This document shows positions 19,522-29,700 of a stretch of 64,000 bases of DNA, one piece after another. A model generated the notes under the pieces. The model was not told where the DNA came from, made no database searches, and saw only the letters and a program-made list of their open reading frames with translations. A program made the position numbers and the translations under genes. How positions within the stretch are numbered: the first letter of the stretch is position 1; each line of letters starts with the position of its first letter. The stretch comes from a virus, in the IMG/VR virus record IMGVR_UViG_3300031251_000015, positions 3,599-67,598 of that record; one strand, 5' to 3'.

Positions 19522-20569
19522 TCCTAGATTTCTTGGTAATAAAAACGTGCTTCTAATTGACGGTACAAATCTTCTTTTGAGGGTCTTATTTTCAAAAAAT
19601 AAGGGCAGCGTAGTTATATCTCAACCAGAAATGATACTGGAATGTGCTATGATTTTCATACGCCAGATAACTATTTGCCTCAAAAAATACTCTTGTGAAC
19701 GTGTTTATGTAGCCTTTGATAATGGTGGTTCTATACGAAAAAAAGCTATTTTTGAGGAATATAAGCAAAATAGACCTAATTCTGGAACAAATTATGGGCA
19801 AGTTTCACCCTATAATGATGCTACAAACGACCTTTTTGTTAGTTTAAAGACCAAAACACTAGAACTTTGCCATATTTTTAACCTTCCAATCTTTCATGAA
19901 TACGGTATTGAGGCCGACGATGCCTTAGCGATAATGGCAAATCAGCTTACCTCCATTGGAAAACAGGTTATATTATTGAGTAATGACTCAGATTTCCTTC
20001 AATTATTAAGGATTCCGTCTATTATTTGCTCAATTCCATATAATAAATCTGAAGTAACCCTGGATTCTTTCACTAAATACTTTTCAGAACTTCCAAAAAG
20101 TAAAGGAATTACTATTTCTTCCTTCGAATATCTGTATTATAAAGTAATCGTTGGCGATACTTCCGACAATATCCAAGGTATCAGAGGCATTGGATATAAA
20201 ACATTAAATAAATTAATGAAAGAACAGTTGCCATTAGAGGAAAAAACTACTATTGAGATGTACATAGCTGATGGATTAGACTATATAAAGCTATTAGCTT
20301 CTAGAAATTCTACAAAATTAGAAAAATTAATACATGATAACTTAGACTTGTTAATACGAAATTATAAATTGATTGAACTCTCAGAAAAATATATTAGCTC
20401 AAAAACTGTGTCTTTAACCCTAAAAAAGCTCATGGAAGTGCCTGAAACACCTGATAAGAAGGATGTTATCAAGCGATTTAACACCTTATTTCCTAATTCG
20501 TCGGAGCTGGACTTCGTTTTGAATACTTTGTTCGCTTTCAAATCTATCTATCAAGAAGTTTCAGAATAA
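19514..20569 (+). CDS. 5'-3' exonuclease / T4 RNase H-like (FEN family)
   Basis: LLIDGTN, VAFD, YKQNR, EADD, SNDSDFLQL, GDTSDNIQGIRGIG.KT. Confidence 0.93.
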   Translation: MVNPRFLGNKNVLLIDGTNLLLRVLFSKNKGSVVISQPEMILECAMIFIRQITICLKKYSCERVYVAFDNGGSIRKKAIFEEYKQNRPNSGTNYGQVSPYNDATNDLFVSLKTKTLELCHIFNLPIFHEYGIEADDALAIMANQLTSIGKQVILLSNDSDFLQLLRIPSIICSIPYNKSEVTLDSFTKYFSELPKSKGITISSFEYLYYKVIVGDTSDNIQGIRGIGYKTLNKLMKEQLPLEEKTTIEMYIADGLDYIKLLASRNSTKLEKLIHDNLDLLIRNYKLIELSEKYISSKTVSLTLKKLMEVPETPDKKDVIKRFNTLFPNSSELDFVLNTLFAFKSIYQEVSE

Positions 20570-20590
20570 GCCGATACTGGTACTGGAGGA

Positions 20591-21184
20591 TTGGGTATGG
20601 ACTCATTACAAATAGACACTTTTATATCAGGCGTTATAGGATTATCTCATGTAGAACGATATCATGGGCATCAAACTATTAGTAAGCAGAGTGTGGCAGA
20701 CCATAGTGCCAGAGTTGCTCAATTAGCTCATATCGTAGCCTTTGAGTTCTATCGTGGAGATATAAATAAAGCTAATTCAGTTTCTGTATTTGCTCTTTTT
20801 CATGACTTTTCTGAAAGTTTACTAAAAAGTGATATCAATTCAAGTGTAAAAAACAAACTAGGAATACGAGAATTAGTAAAACAGTTGGAAATTAATGTAG
20901 TTAATGAGTCTTTTGACAAAACTTCGCAACAATCTTATGGTGATGTAAGTCATATTAATGATTTACTATTAGAAAATTGCGAAGAATCTGACGATTACTG
21001 TATTTTAAAACTATGCGATACGCTTGATTTTGGGTTGTATGTTAAAAATGAACTAATGTTAGGCAATAGTTATATGTTCCCATTACTCGATTCATTTAAG
21101 CGTGAGTTTTCTAAATATCCAGATTATTTAAAATCTACTCATATAGTTAAGGAAATATACGATAAGATAATAGTGGAGCAGTAA
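20591..21184 (+). CDS. HD-domain nucleotide phosphohydrolase (YfbR/DatZ-like)
   Basis: RYHG...QSVADHS, ALFHDFSE...DI, LKLCDTLD. Likely start is ATG 20597. Confidence 0.85.
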   Translation: MGMDSLQIDTFISGVIGLSHVERYHGHQTISKQSVADHSARVAQLAHIVAFEFYRGDINKANSVSVFALFHDFSESLLKSDINSSVKNKLGIRELVKQLEINVVNESFDKTSQQSYGDVSHINDLLLENCEESDDYCILKLCDTLDFGLYVKNELMLGNSYMFPLLDSFKREFSKYPDYLKSTHIVKEIYDKIIVEQ

Positions 21185-22080
21185 TGTCTGAAATTATCTT
21201 AAATTGCCCAAAATGTGCCGAACATGAGACTCCTAAACTCTACGTGAACGTGGAGTTAGGATGTTTTAATTGTTTTCGTTGTGGATTTAGTGGAAAACTA
21301 CGTAAATTATACCAATTTCCAGAATTAGTATCATCTTTGGAAGATAAAATCTCATTATCAGAGTTTACCAAGCTTAAATCATTTAAGCCTATGGAGCTTA
21401 CTGATATTGACGCATTAGAGGACTTAAATCCAGTAAGAGAATTGGTATATTCTGACCCACAATACACTTATTTAATGAACAGAGGCTGGACGGATGCTTT
21501 AATCTTCCTTTATAAACCTCTTTTATCATTAAACCCTAAATATAAGGATAGAGTTGTTCTTCCAGTCATAAAAAACGAAAAAATTATATATTTTACTGCT
21601 CGTTCTATTGAGCAAAATCCAGCAATGAAGTATAAAAATCCAGCAATTCCTCGAAAAGATGTTATTTTTGAGTCTATTTTACCAGAAAATCAGTTTTTCA
21701 AGGAAACTTTGGTAATTTGTGAGGGATTTTTTGATGCTTTTAAAATACCTAATTCCATAGCTCTTTTTGGCAAGACAATTACATCTGAAAATGAGCTAAA
21801 TATACTCAAAAAAGCATCAAATAAGACAGAAATCTATGTTTGTCTTGATTTTGGTGCAGAACATTGGATTGAAGGTATCTGTAAAAAACTTCATGACTGG
21901 ATGCCTAATAAAAAAATCCACTTTATCGATACTAGTAAATATGAGGATAAGGATTTGGGTAAGTTATCTGAAGAATTGGACTCGTTTGAACTTATGTCAT
22001 GGATTAAAGAAAATAGTAAGGAATATTCGACAATTTCGTTAACTGATACTTTACGAAGCAAATTAAGGATGTATAATTAA
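21184..22080 (+). CDS. DNA primase
   Basis: CPKC...FNCFRCG zinc finger, YLMNRG, RVVLP, FTARS, ICEGFFDA TOPRIM, CLD, KDLG. Confidence 0.9.
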   Translation: MSEIILNCPKCAEHETPKLYVNVELGCFNCFRCGFSGKLRKLYQFPELVSSLEDKISLSEFTKLKSFKPMELTDIDALEDLNPVRELVYSDPQYTYLMNRGWTDALIFLYKPLLSLNPKYKDRVVLPVIKNEKIIYFTARSIEQNPAMKYKNPAIPRKDVIFESILPENQFFKETLVICEGFFDAFKIPNSIALFGKTITSENELNILKKASNKTEIYVCLDFGAEHWIEGICKKLHDWMPNKKIHFIDTSKYEDKDLGKLSEELDSFELMSWIKENSKEYSTISLTDTLRSKLRMYN

Positions 22081-22126
22081 ATGTATATGTTAGAGACTTT
22101 AATGAACAAGTTTACGTAGGTTTTTA

Positions 22127-22204
22127 GTACCTGTAGCATAGTTCGGCCTAATGCGGTGGCCTCTAACTCCATGAGCGCAGGTTCAAATCCTGTCAGGTAC
22201 ACCA
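22127..22204 (+). tRNA. tRNA with CTA anticodon (amber suppressor)
   Basis: GTACCTG/CAGGTAC acceptor plus ACCA; GCAT/ATGC D stem; GTGGC-CT[CTA]AC-TCCAT anticodon arm (C31-U39 mismatch); 4-nt variable loop; GCAGG-TTCAAAT-CCTGT T arm. Confidence 0.88.
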
Positions 22205-22279
22205 ATCGTCCTCCTTGATGATTAAATGACTGTATTGCTTTATTAATACATGACATTTAATCAAAAAGGAGATTTTATT

Positions 22280-22906
22280 ATGTCAACTTCTATAAATACC
22301 AATGAAATCAAACAACCACATGCTCCACGCTTTACACCAGAACAAAAGGAAGCATGGCAAAAAGCAAAAGAATTATTAAAAACTAGTATGAATTACCAGT
22401 CTAAACGAGCACTTCATATCGCAATGTCTCAATTACGATTAGAAGGTGGCCGAAAGCATAGGGGTCCGATTGAGGCTCTTCCGAAGAACGAAACAAAGCT
22501 ACAACAACATAATGCTGAAATAGTTAATATAAGACTTAATGAACGTGTAGCTGAATGGAAGGAATATTTAACTAACCCAGGTTCGCGTAAACTGTATATT
22601 ATTGTTAGTCCTGATTTAGATACCTCACAATCAGCCGTACAAGCCTCCCATTGTGCCGCAGACTTTGTTAAGCAACATCCACTCGCTCCTTGGATTAACG
22701 GTACCATGGTGCTTCTAACGATGGATACTGATAAAATAAAAGGTAAAAATGCGTTAGAAATCTTTTGTAATGATTATTTCTGGTATGTTGATTACAAAAC
22801 TTGCTGGAAAGAACCAGATCAGGATAACAGAATAACTGCTGTTGCTATGTTATGTGACTTTGGAAATGACCGAATAGGAAAGCAGCGAGGAGTTAAGTTG
22901 CTATAA
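22280..22906 (+). CDS. Pth2-like peptidyl-tRNA hydrolase domain fused to a helical N-terminal domain
   Basis: KLYIIVSPDL...AVQASHCAADF...W.NGTMVLL...WKEPD....TAVA. Start placed at ATG 22280 (AAAGGAGA RBS). Confidence 0.7.
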   Translation: MSTSINTNEIKQPHAPRFTPEQKEAWQKAKELLKTSMNYQSKRALHIAMSQLRLEGGRKHRGPIEALPKNETKLQQHNAEIVNIRLNERVAEWKEYLTNPGSRKLYIIVSPDLDTSQSAVQASHCAADFVKQHPLAPWINGTMVLLTMDTDKIKGKNALEIFCNDYFWYVDYKTCWKEPDQDNRITAVAMLCDFGNDRIGKQRGVKLL

Positions 22907-22912
22907 TTAAGT

Positions 22913-24112
22913 TTGGAAACTAATATGGAATCGATCCCAAAACTGTTATTGGTAGAAAACTTTAAATGGCTACTTGGTCAGCTTCATGCTTTTGATGACC
23001 CTCAGTTTACTTATGCTTCAGTAGGTAGACAAGACTTACGTGGTGGTGTACGTAGAGAATATCGGTATGAAAAACATTACGATACATACTACAAGGGTTC
23101 AATTATAACAAAAAGCCCGTCACCAACCCAAGTAGCTATTGGCAATACTCAAATAGAATGTGACGAATGGGACATTACTCACCCAAAGTTCAAAGATCCA
23201 GAACTTAAAGAAAAATACCCTAAACCAGATACTCATTATACCGTATTAGTTACTAGCAGACGTAGTTTACAAAACAAAACAGCACAACGTTGTTATGTTT
23301 CTTGTGATTGTATGGATTTTAATACTACTTTTAAAGAAGAATTATTAAAATATGGATATACTAATGGGACTACTCTACAAGGAACCGGCAAGAAAAAACT
23401 AGCACCGGCAATTTGTAAGCATATATACTCTGTGTTAATGCGTGAATATATGTTCTATATTAACACGGAAGATTCTGAACAGCTAACTCCATTAATTACT
23501 TGGCCGAAAGAAGCGCCACCAGAAAAAGAACAAGTACCTACACACTATGATTATGAACCTATTGAATATGAAGAAGAGCCAGAAGAAGGAATCCCACCAA
23601 TTCAACCTTTAGGAAAACCAAAACGAGGAAGAATACCAAAGACTCCTGAACAAAAGAAAACTGAATACGAAAAAATTATAAAACAGTCTCTAAAATTCAT
23701 TGCTAACACTATGCCAGGAGGAATTAACGCTTACAAGAACACCAGACAAGGCGATACTTCCTATAAAAAATATAAGTTTATGGTTAAAAAGTATTTCCAA
23801 GGTTGGGTTATTGTTTACTCTAATCCTCTGCTTAATCCATTTAGAGACAAAGCAAGAGAAAAAGAAATTGTACCACTAATAAATAGAACAGCCAGAGGTA
23901 TGCTTCCGTTTGGTGATTCTACGGTAGTGTATACAAAGTATTTTTCAAAAGATGAATTGATGGGGTTTATCAGGTCTGAAACAAAGGAAATACAACCTAA
24001 TCAAATTGAAAAACTAAATAAAATACTTAAAAAGTATACCTTAACTGAATCATTAGAGGTTTTAGATAGTGAATCTTCTTCTATATTAACTACTTTATTA
24101 GGACTTTACTAA
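22913..24112 (+). CDS. SWIM zinc-finger protein
   Basis: VSCDCMDF...ICKHI; late-type box upstream. Confidence 0.6.
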   Translation: METNMESIPKLLLVENFKWLLGQLHAFDDPQFTYASVGRQDLRGGVRREYRYEKHYDTYYKGSIITKSPSPTQVAIGNTQIECDEWDITHPKFKDPELKEKYPKPDTHYTVLVTSRRSLQNKTAQRCYVSCDCMDFNTTFKEELLKYGYTNGTTLQGTGKKKLAPAICKHIYSVLMREYMFYINTEDSEQLTPLITWPKEAPPEKEQVPTHYDYEPIEYEEEPEEGIPPIQPLGKPKRGRIPKTPEQKKTEYEKIIKQSLKFIANTMPGGINAYKNTRQGDTSYKKYKFMVKKYFQGWVIVYSNPLLNPFRDKAREKEIVPLINRTARGMLPFGDSTVVYTKYFSKDELMGFIRSETKEIQPNQIEKLNKILKKYTLTESLEVLDSESSSILTTLLGLY

Positions 24113-24471
24113 TGACCACAAGTGTATTTAAAAAATCAGTTGTAGTTAACTATAATACAACATCGTTTCCTGCCGATACTATACATACCTTAGTAAGAAC
24201 ATTTAATAATTCTGTTATAGATTCAGCAGGTAATCCAGATGCTTCTCAAATACTTGTATACTTTAATGGGCAGCAAATAGGGACTACCACAACCTCTAAA
24301 TATTTTTACTCTATATCATTTACTGGTTCTCCTACCACCTCTTTTACAATAACTTTATCAGCTAACACATCTTATACAAGTCCTGGATATGTTTCTGAAA
24401 CTCCTTACGCAGTAGTGATCGGGCCGAACGATTTATTTTTTATTGATTATACTTATACTATAACGAGCTAA
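24112..24471 (+). CDS. Probable virion structural protein
   Basis: T/S/Y-rich beta composition (VYFNGQ...D.FFIDY). Confidence 0.45.
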   Translation: MTTSVFKKSVVVNYNTTSFPADTIHTLVRTFNNSVIDSAGNPDASQILVYFNGQQIGTTTTSKYFYSISFTGSPTTSFTITLSANTSYTSPGYVSETPYAVVIGPNDLFFIDYTYTITS

Positions 24472-24476
24472 TAAAC

Positions 24477-24965
24477 ATGTCTGATAAAACACAAGAACAG
24501 TTTCTTAATGATACTAAAACACAGATATTACAATATTTATACAGGTCATTACAAGAACCTGCTAGCGATTTGATTAAATTTCTTCAAGAAACGTCAGGTA
24601 ATGGTAACTTAAATTGGCAAAATTCAGCAAATAAAGCTAAATTAGGTATTGTATTTGCTTCTTTGGCTAATAGTATAAACAATTATACGCTAGCTGATGG
24701 CGATTTTAGAACTTATTTATTGCTACAATTAGTAAATATTACATATAATCAATATACCGATGAGCTATTTTCTCAGTTTTTACGTCAAGGATATAACATA
24801 ACTCCAGAAAGTGTTGTTGGATCTTTATCTACAGCCTATTCTACACAAGAACCTCAAAATACTAATTTTCCAGGTGACGCAAATACATCAAGTGAGTATT
24901 TACCAATTAAGCCACAAGATAGATTAGTACCTTCAGTATTATATTCAGACTCTGACATTGATTAA
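24477..24965 (+). CDS. Hypothetical protein
   Basis: ORF in operon. Confidence 0.55.
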   Translation: MSDKTQEQFLNDTKTQILQYLYRSLQEPASDLIKFLQETSGNGNLNWQNSANKAKLGIVFASLANSINNYTLADGDFRTYLLLQLVNITYNQYTDELFSQFLRQGYNITPESVVGSLSTAYSTQEPQNTNFPGDANTSSEYLPIKPQDRLVPSVLYSDSDID

Positions 24966-25317
24966 AAAATTAAATCTTTCAGACTTTTTAGCGCAAAGCT
25001 ACATTACATCTCCTTTAACGTTTCAACCGAAGGAGTGTGATAATATGAGTTTTAGTTTGATAGAATTTTATAATATCATGTCAGCACACGTTGGTTCATT
25101 TATTATAGACGAAATTACCTATTCGGCTATAATACCGTCAACAAGTAACCTTTATTTTTTCAGGGAGTCAGACAATGACGAATTTATTTTGTTATTTGAC
25201 CCAATCAACGATATAAAAAAGAAAAATAATAGCGATTTTACTGTATTTTATTATCCTAATACTATTATTAATATTTCGTTAAGGGAATCAAATGTCAAAG
25301 AAGACAGGAATATATAA
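24958..25317 (+). CDS. Hypothetical protein
   Basis: ORF in operon. Confidence 0.5.
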   Translation: MIKKLNLSDFLAQSYITSPLTFQPKECDNMSFSLIEFYNIMSAHVGSFIIDEITYSAIIPSTSNLYFFRESDNDEFILLFDPINDIKKKNNSDFTVFYYPNTIINISLRESNVKEDRNI

Positions 25318-25921
25318 AATTACTAATATATTAACAGGAGATTTATATATTGGTTCAGCAACAGATATAGTAAAAAGATGGTGGCTACACAAATACCAAT
25401 TATTAAAAAATATTCATCATTCTACTTATCTTCAAAACGCTTATAATAAATATGGAAAGAATACTTTTATATTTGAAGTATTACTTTATTGTGAAATAAA
25501 AGATTTACTATTTTTTGAGCAACGAGCAATAGATACATATAATCCAGTATATAATATGTGTAAAATTGCTGGATCTAATAGAGGTTTGACTATATCTGAT
25601 GAGCACAAACAAAAAATAGCAAAAGCTAACTTAAAAAATACACACAGACTTGGCAAAGTTCTCTCAAAAGAACACATACAAAAAATATCAGAGGCAAATA
25701 GTGGTGAAAATAACTATATGTTTGGCAAGAAACACTCTAAAGAAATGAGACAAAAAATGTCAAACAATAGTAAAGATAAATCAGGAGAGAATAACCCAAT
25801 GTTTGGAGTTCATAGATTTGGTAACTTAAATCCCATGTTTGGAAAGCACCAATCAGAAGAAACTAAAAAGAAAATATCAGAAGCAGCAAAGAATAGAAAA
25901 AAGGATACTAATAATGTCTAA
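25292..25921 (+). mobile_element. GIY-YIG homing endonuclease with NUMOD3 repeats
   Basis: GIYKITN...YIGSA, LQNAYNKYG, EQRAID..PVYN, repeated GENNPMFGKKHS.E. Confidence 0.92.
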
Positions 25922-26309
25922 AAAATCTACACGATTATTAAAATGTAATATGTATGAGGATGCCGAAGAGTTATTATATTCGACAGAAACAGAAGTAGTA
26001 AAAACGAAGCACATTGAACCTACACGACCAAAAAGACAGACATCATCGGTATCTCCATCAAAAGAAGCACCAGATAGAAATAAAATATTTGGAGAAGCTA
26101 TTTCAGTAAAGTCAGTTTCTTGTAATTGTAATAAATGTGGAACTCACGTGAATGGTGTTTTAATTAATACTATCTATTCACCAGCTTCGGATATGCTTAC
26201 TCCATTTATATCTTATGAATGTGTAAATTGTAAACATTCAGGATTTCGATCAGTATTAGCCAAAGCTCTGCCAGTAAAAGACTTCGACAAAATTTATTTT
26301 AATTCGTAA
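25914..26309 (+). CDS. Zinc-ribbon protein
   Basis: CNKC...CVNC. Start placed at ATG 25914 (AAGGA RBS). Confidence 0.55.
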   Translation: MSKKSTRLLKCNMYEDAEELLYSTETEVVKTKHIEPTRPKRQTSSVSPSKEAPDRNKIFGEAISVKSVSCNCNKCGTHVNGVLINTIYSPASDMLTPFISYECVNCKHSGFRSVLAKALPVKDFDKIYFNS

Positions 26310-26346
26310 TTTGTCGATAATATAAGTATTATATCAAGGGATATTT

Positions 26347-26691
26347 ATGGATTTAATCAAAAAGAAGTATGTTTGTAATGTATGCTCTTATCGTGGCGCT
26401 ATATTGACAGCAATTAAAGATAATAGAACTATTACAACTGACTTTTTGCGAGAATATGTAGAACCTCTCGGGGAAATATCAGAAAATATTATATATAGTT
26501 ATGAAGTAAATCGGGATGATACTGGATTATTATTAAATAAAAAGCCAGTTAAATGCGTCTGTGAAAAATGTGGAGAAATTGACATAAAATATATACCAGA
26601 TCAAAAGTTTGATAATGTTCTTAATTTTTATCCTACCTGTGAAAATGAAAAATGGTTGAGGGGTTTTTGTGATCTTGGGCAAAAGCGATAG
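26347..26691 (+). CDS. Zinc-binding hypothetical protein
   Basis: CNVC and CEKC pairs; promoter box at 26312. Confidence 0.55.
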   Translation: MDLIKKKYVCNVCSYRGAILTAIKDNRTITTDFLREYVEPLGEISENIIYSYEVNRDDTGLLLNKKPVKCVCEKCGEIDIKYIPDQKFDNVLNFYPTCENEKWLRGFCDLGQKR

Positions 26692-26747
26692 TTCACGGTC
26701 AAGTAAGAGATAATTAATTGTAATGAGTTTTATACTTAAGGAATACA

Positions 26748-29700
26748 ATGTTCATCAAATCACAGTTATTTAAGTCTCTTTATGAAGCTCGTAAGCCAAA
26801 AAAACCAGTAGAAGAACCTAATCCAAGTGAGGATGCTGAGGATATTGAAGCCGGGGAGCAAGCTGGATGGAAAATTAAACGTCCAAGTAAGTCTAATAAG
26901 GGAAAAATATTCAAGAGTCCAGTACAAGCTGCTGTAGACGCTGGTAAAACAACCAAGCCAGGAGCAGTTTCTAACCGAGTTGAAAAAGTTGCTATAAAAG
27001 ATGTTGCTAAAAACGAAGAAGCTAAAGGAAAATCTAAAAAAAGTAAAGAAGAAGAACCGTTTAAGGATTCTCCAAAAGTAAAAGGTAGTGAAGCATTTAA
27101 GCCAGAAGATTTAAAAAGTAAATATCTAAAAACTAAATCTGAATATGGAAATGCCTATATGAAAAATAGGCAGTCTGTAGCTGATTTATATGCTGACGTA
27201 GAAAATATACCTTTTAGATTATCAGCCAAAAAATCACGAAATCTTTTTAAATATTTTTCAGAAGTTTTATTAGATTCAGAAAATGCCCAAATAAGAGAGG
27301 ATGAACAATCACAACCAGCCTTCAAAGAATTACTAGATATTCTTCGAAAGGGTGGCGTTGGTGGATTACATTCTAATGAAGGCTATAATAATATACCAAC
27401 TTATGTTTTATTTATGGTATTGGTATTTCCACTAATACAGCCTGATATGGTATCTTATTTATTCAGTAAACCAAACATAGCTAATTTTTTCAATACCTTA
27501 TCAAAAACTTATTCTGGAAATATTTTAAATCCAATTTCTTTTTCTCCTAATACTGACTTATCATCTTTAGATCAAATTAAAGATGAGTATACTAGACTAG
27601 TAGTTGAACAGTTTCAAAACATGCTGCGCTCAAACGATCCAGAACAACAGCCAGAAAAAGTAGAATTAGCCAGATATTTACAAGAGGTAACTTCAGGACT
27701 ATCACAAAGTTTTACAAAATCTATTGGAAGCTACAAACATAAAAATGAAATAACTAAAACTATATATTATGCTATAGCTGGTGGTTATGTGCCAGAAAAT
27801 TTAGATTACTTTGAATTAGATGATAAAAAAGTACAGGATTATTTTAATAATAAGAGTTTATCAAAAGAACAGAGTTTACTTACAGATGCCGCTGAGCAAT
27901 TAGTGTATCATCGTAGTGAGAGTATAGAAGAAAGTCCAGCCCTTAATAAAAATTTAGCTGGCATGAATGCTAGAAATGAACTCGCATGGAAATACGCACT
28001 AGAAACTAACAGACTGCAACGTAAGCGTAAGAATAAAGAAATAGAGAGAGCTGAAAAAACTAGAAGTATTAATTTAGGTACTTTTGAATATTTCAAAGAA
28101 TTATCAAGAGCTATCCCACAAATTAATGAAAATGATGCCAAGCTAACTGAAATATTAAACAATATGTTTAATTTTGGAGAGGGTCTTACTACTCTTTCAG
28201 TAGAATCAGTTAGTAAAAAAACAACAAATGACTTACATAATTTTGCTAAAGAAGGAATGGATTTAATATCGGCAATTTTTTCTAATGATGCTTTATTATT
28301 AAAAACATTTAATAATGTGGCAGAAAAAATTCCAGTTATTAAGCAAAGTATAATTGAATCAGAAGATAGAATAGCTTATGTTAGAGATACTTATTTAGCT
28401 CCGTTTAAAACCCAGTTATCTACTATATTAAAGAATTTTGCAGCAATAACTGAAGAAGATGTAAGTATTTTATTAAATACTGTTATTTCTATTACTAATT
28501 GTATAGGTAAACAATTAGAGCCATTCAAGCTCAAACCAATTTTATATAGTTATGAAACCCATCTAAAAAAAGCAGAATTAAGATCTAATATTTACAGACT
28601 TGATGGATTTGCTTTCCTTCGTAGTGTGTTAAATTTAGATTCTCTTTTAATTGAAGCTGGTAAAATTACTAAAAAAGCTGGAAAAGTAGCAAAACAAAAA
28701 GAAGAAAAACCAACTACAGATCAATCAGTAACAGCTGGTGAAGAGGGCGCAGAATTTAAAACTGGGGTACTTCTCGGAAGTAAGAGAAGTTCTAAACAGT
28801 TACAGGCTGCTAGAAGAGAAATAATGGAAACCAAGGCAGTATTGACTAGCTTACGAAGCGTTACTGCTAGACTGTTAGATATAATTAGACAAAAAATTGA
28901 AGATGCCGATCTTAAAATACTAAATGCACTAGTTTCAGGGGCTACAGAAGAAGAGGATATAGTTAAAGTATCTGAATTTTTAACTACTTTGGTCTCTGAT
29001 ATTTCTTCTAGATTTTTCTCTAAAAATAGTCCATATAAACTTTCATTACTATCTGCTGGGGAGTCTAAAGAAGCCCTAGTTGCTAAAACAGTAACATTGA
29101 ATCTGATAGAAGATGCTAAAAATAGTTTATTAGCTACTCCTGGTGTATTTAATGGTAAAACAGAATATTATGATGGATTAACTGATGATTTTATCAACTT
29201 TGTTAATTTAGTTACATCAATCAAACCAGACTATGCTGGATTAGCTATAGATCCAGTAACTGGCGAAGTTTCATCAAACTTAAAAGATGCTATAGATCCA
29301 GCAAGTAGTTCTAAAAGTTTCTTTGGAAACTTCTTTTTCGCCGGATTACCAAGAGCAATAGAGTCAAATCCATTAGCAAAACTTTGTCTACAAAAGTTTA
29401 TGTTACTAAAGTTTAAACGTCTATTCTTTAACCCGTTATCTACCGCTTCATCAAAAACTATTTTATTACCAGAAGCAATATCAGCTAATCCAAAAGCTGC
29501 GGCACAAATAGATGCTTATTTTAAACAGTTACAAAATACATGTCATGGCGGAATACAAACAGCAGTTGATGAAATTGACACAGAAATTTTAAGTTCTTAT
29601 GGAGATTCTACAAGAAACTTTACTACCTTTGTTAATGAAGAAGATCCCACAGTATCTGCTACTACTGCATTTTATATTCCAGGAACCCATGATAAAGAAT

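Noticed and set aside
20591-21184. Z-genome (2-aminoadenine) cluster
   Set aside because: No PurZ or MazZ in the window; the HD protein alone is not diagnostic.
22127-22204. tRNA-Pyl, or alternative anticodon registers TCT (Arg) or TAA (Leu)
   Set aside because: It has a canonical 2-nt linker, a large GG D-loop and TTC, unlike Pyl. The other registers break the stem or lose U33 and purine 37.
24171-24180. TGCCGATACT inside 24112..24471
   Set aside because: Intragenic, with no start codon at the usual distance; may be chance.
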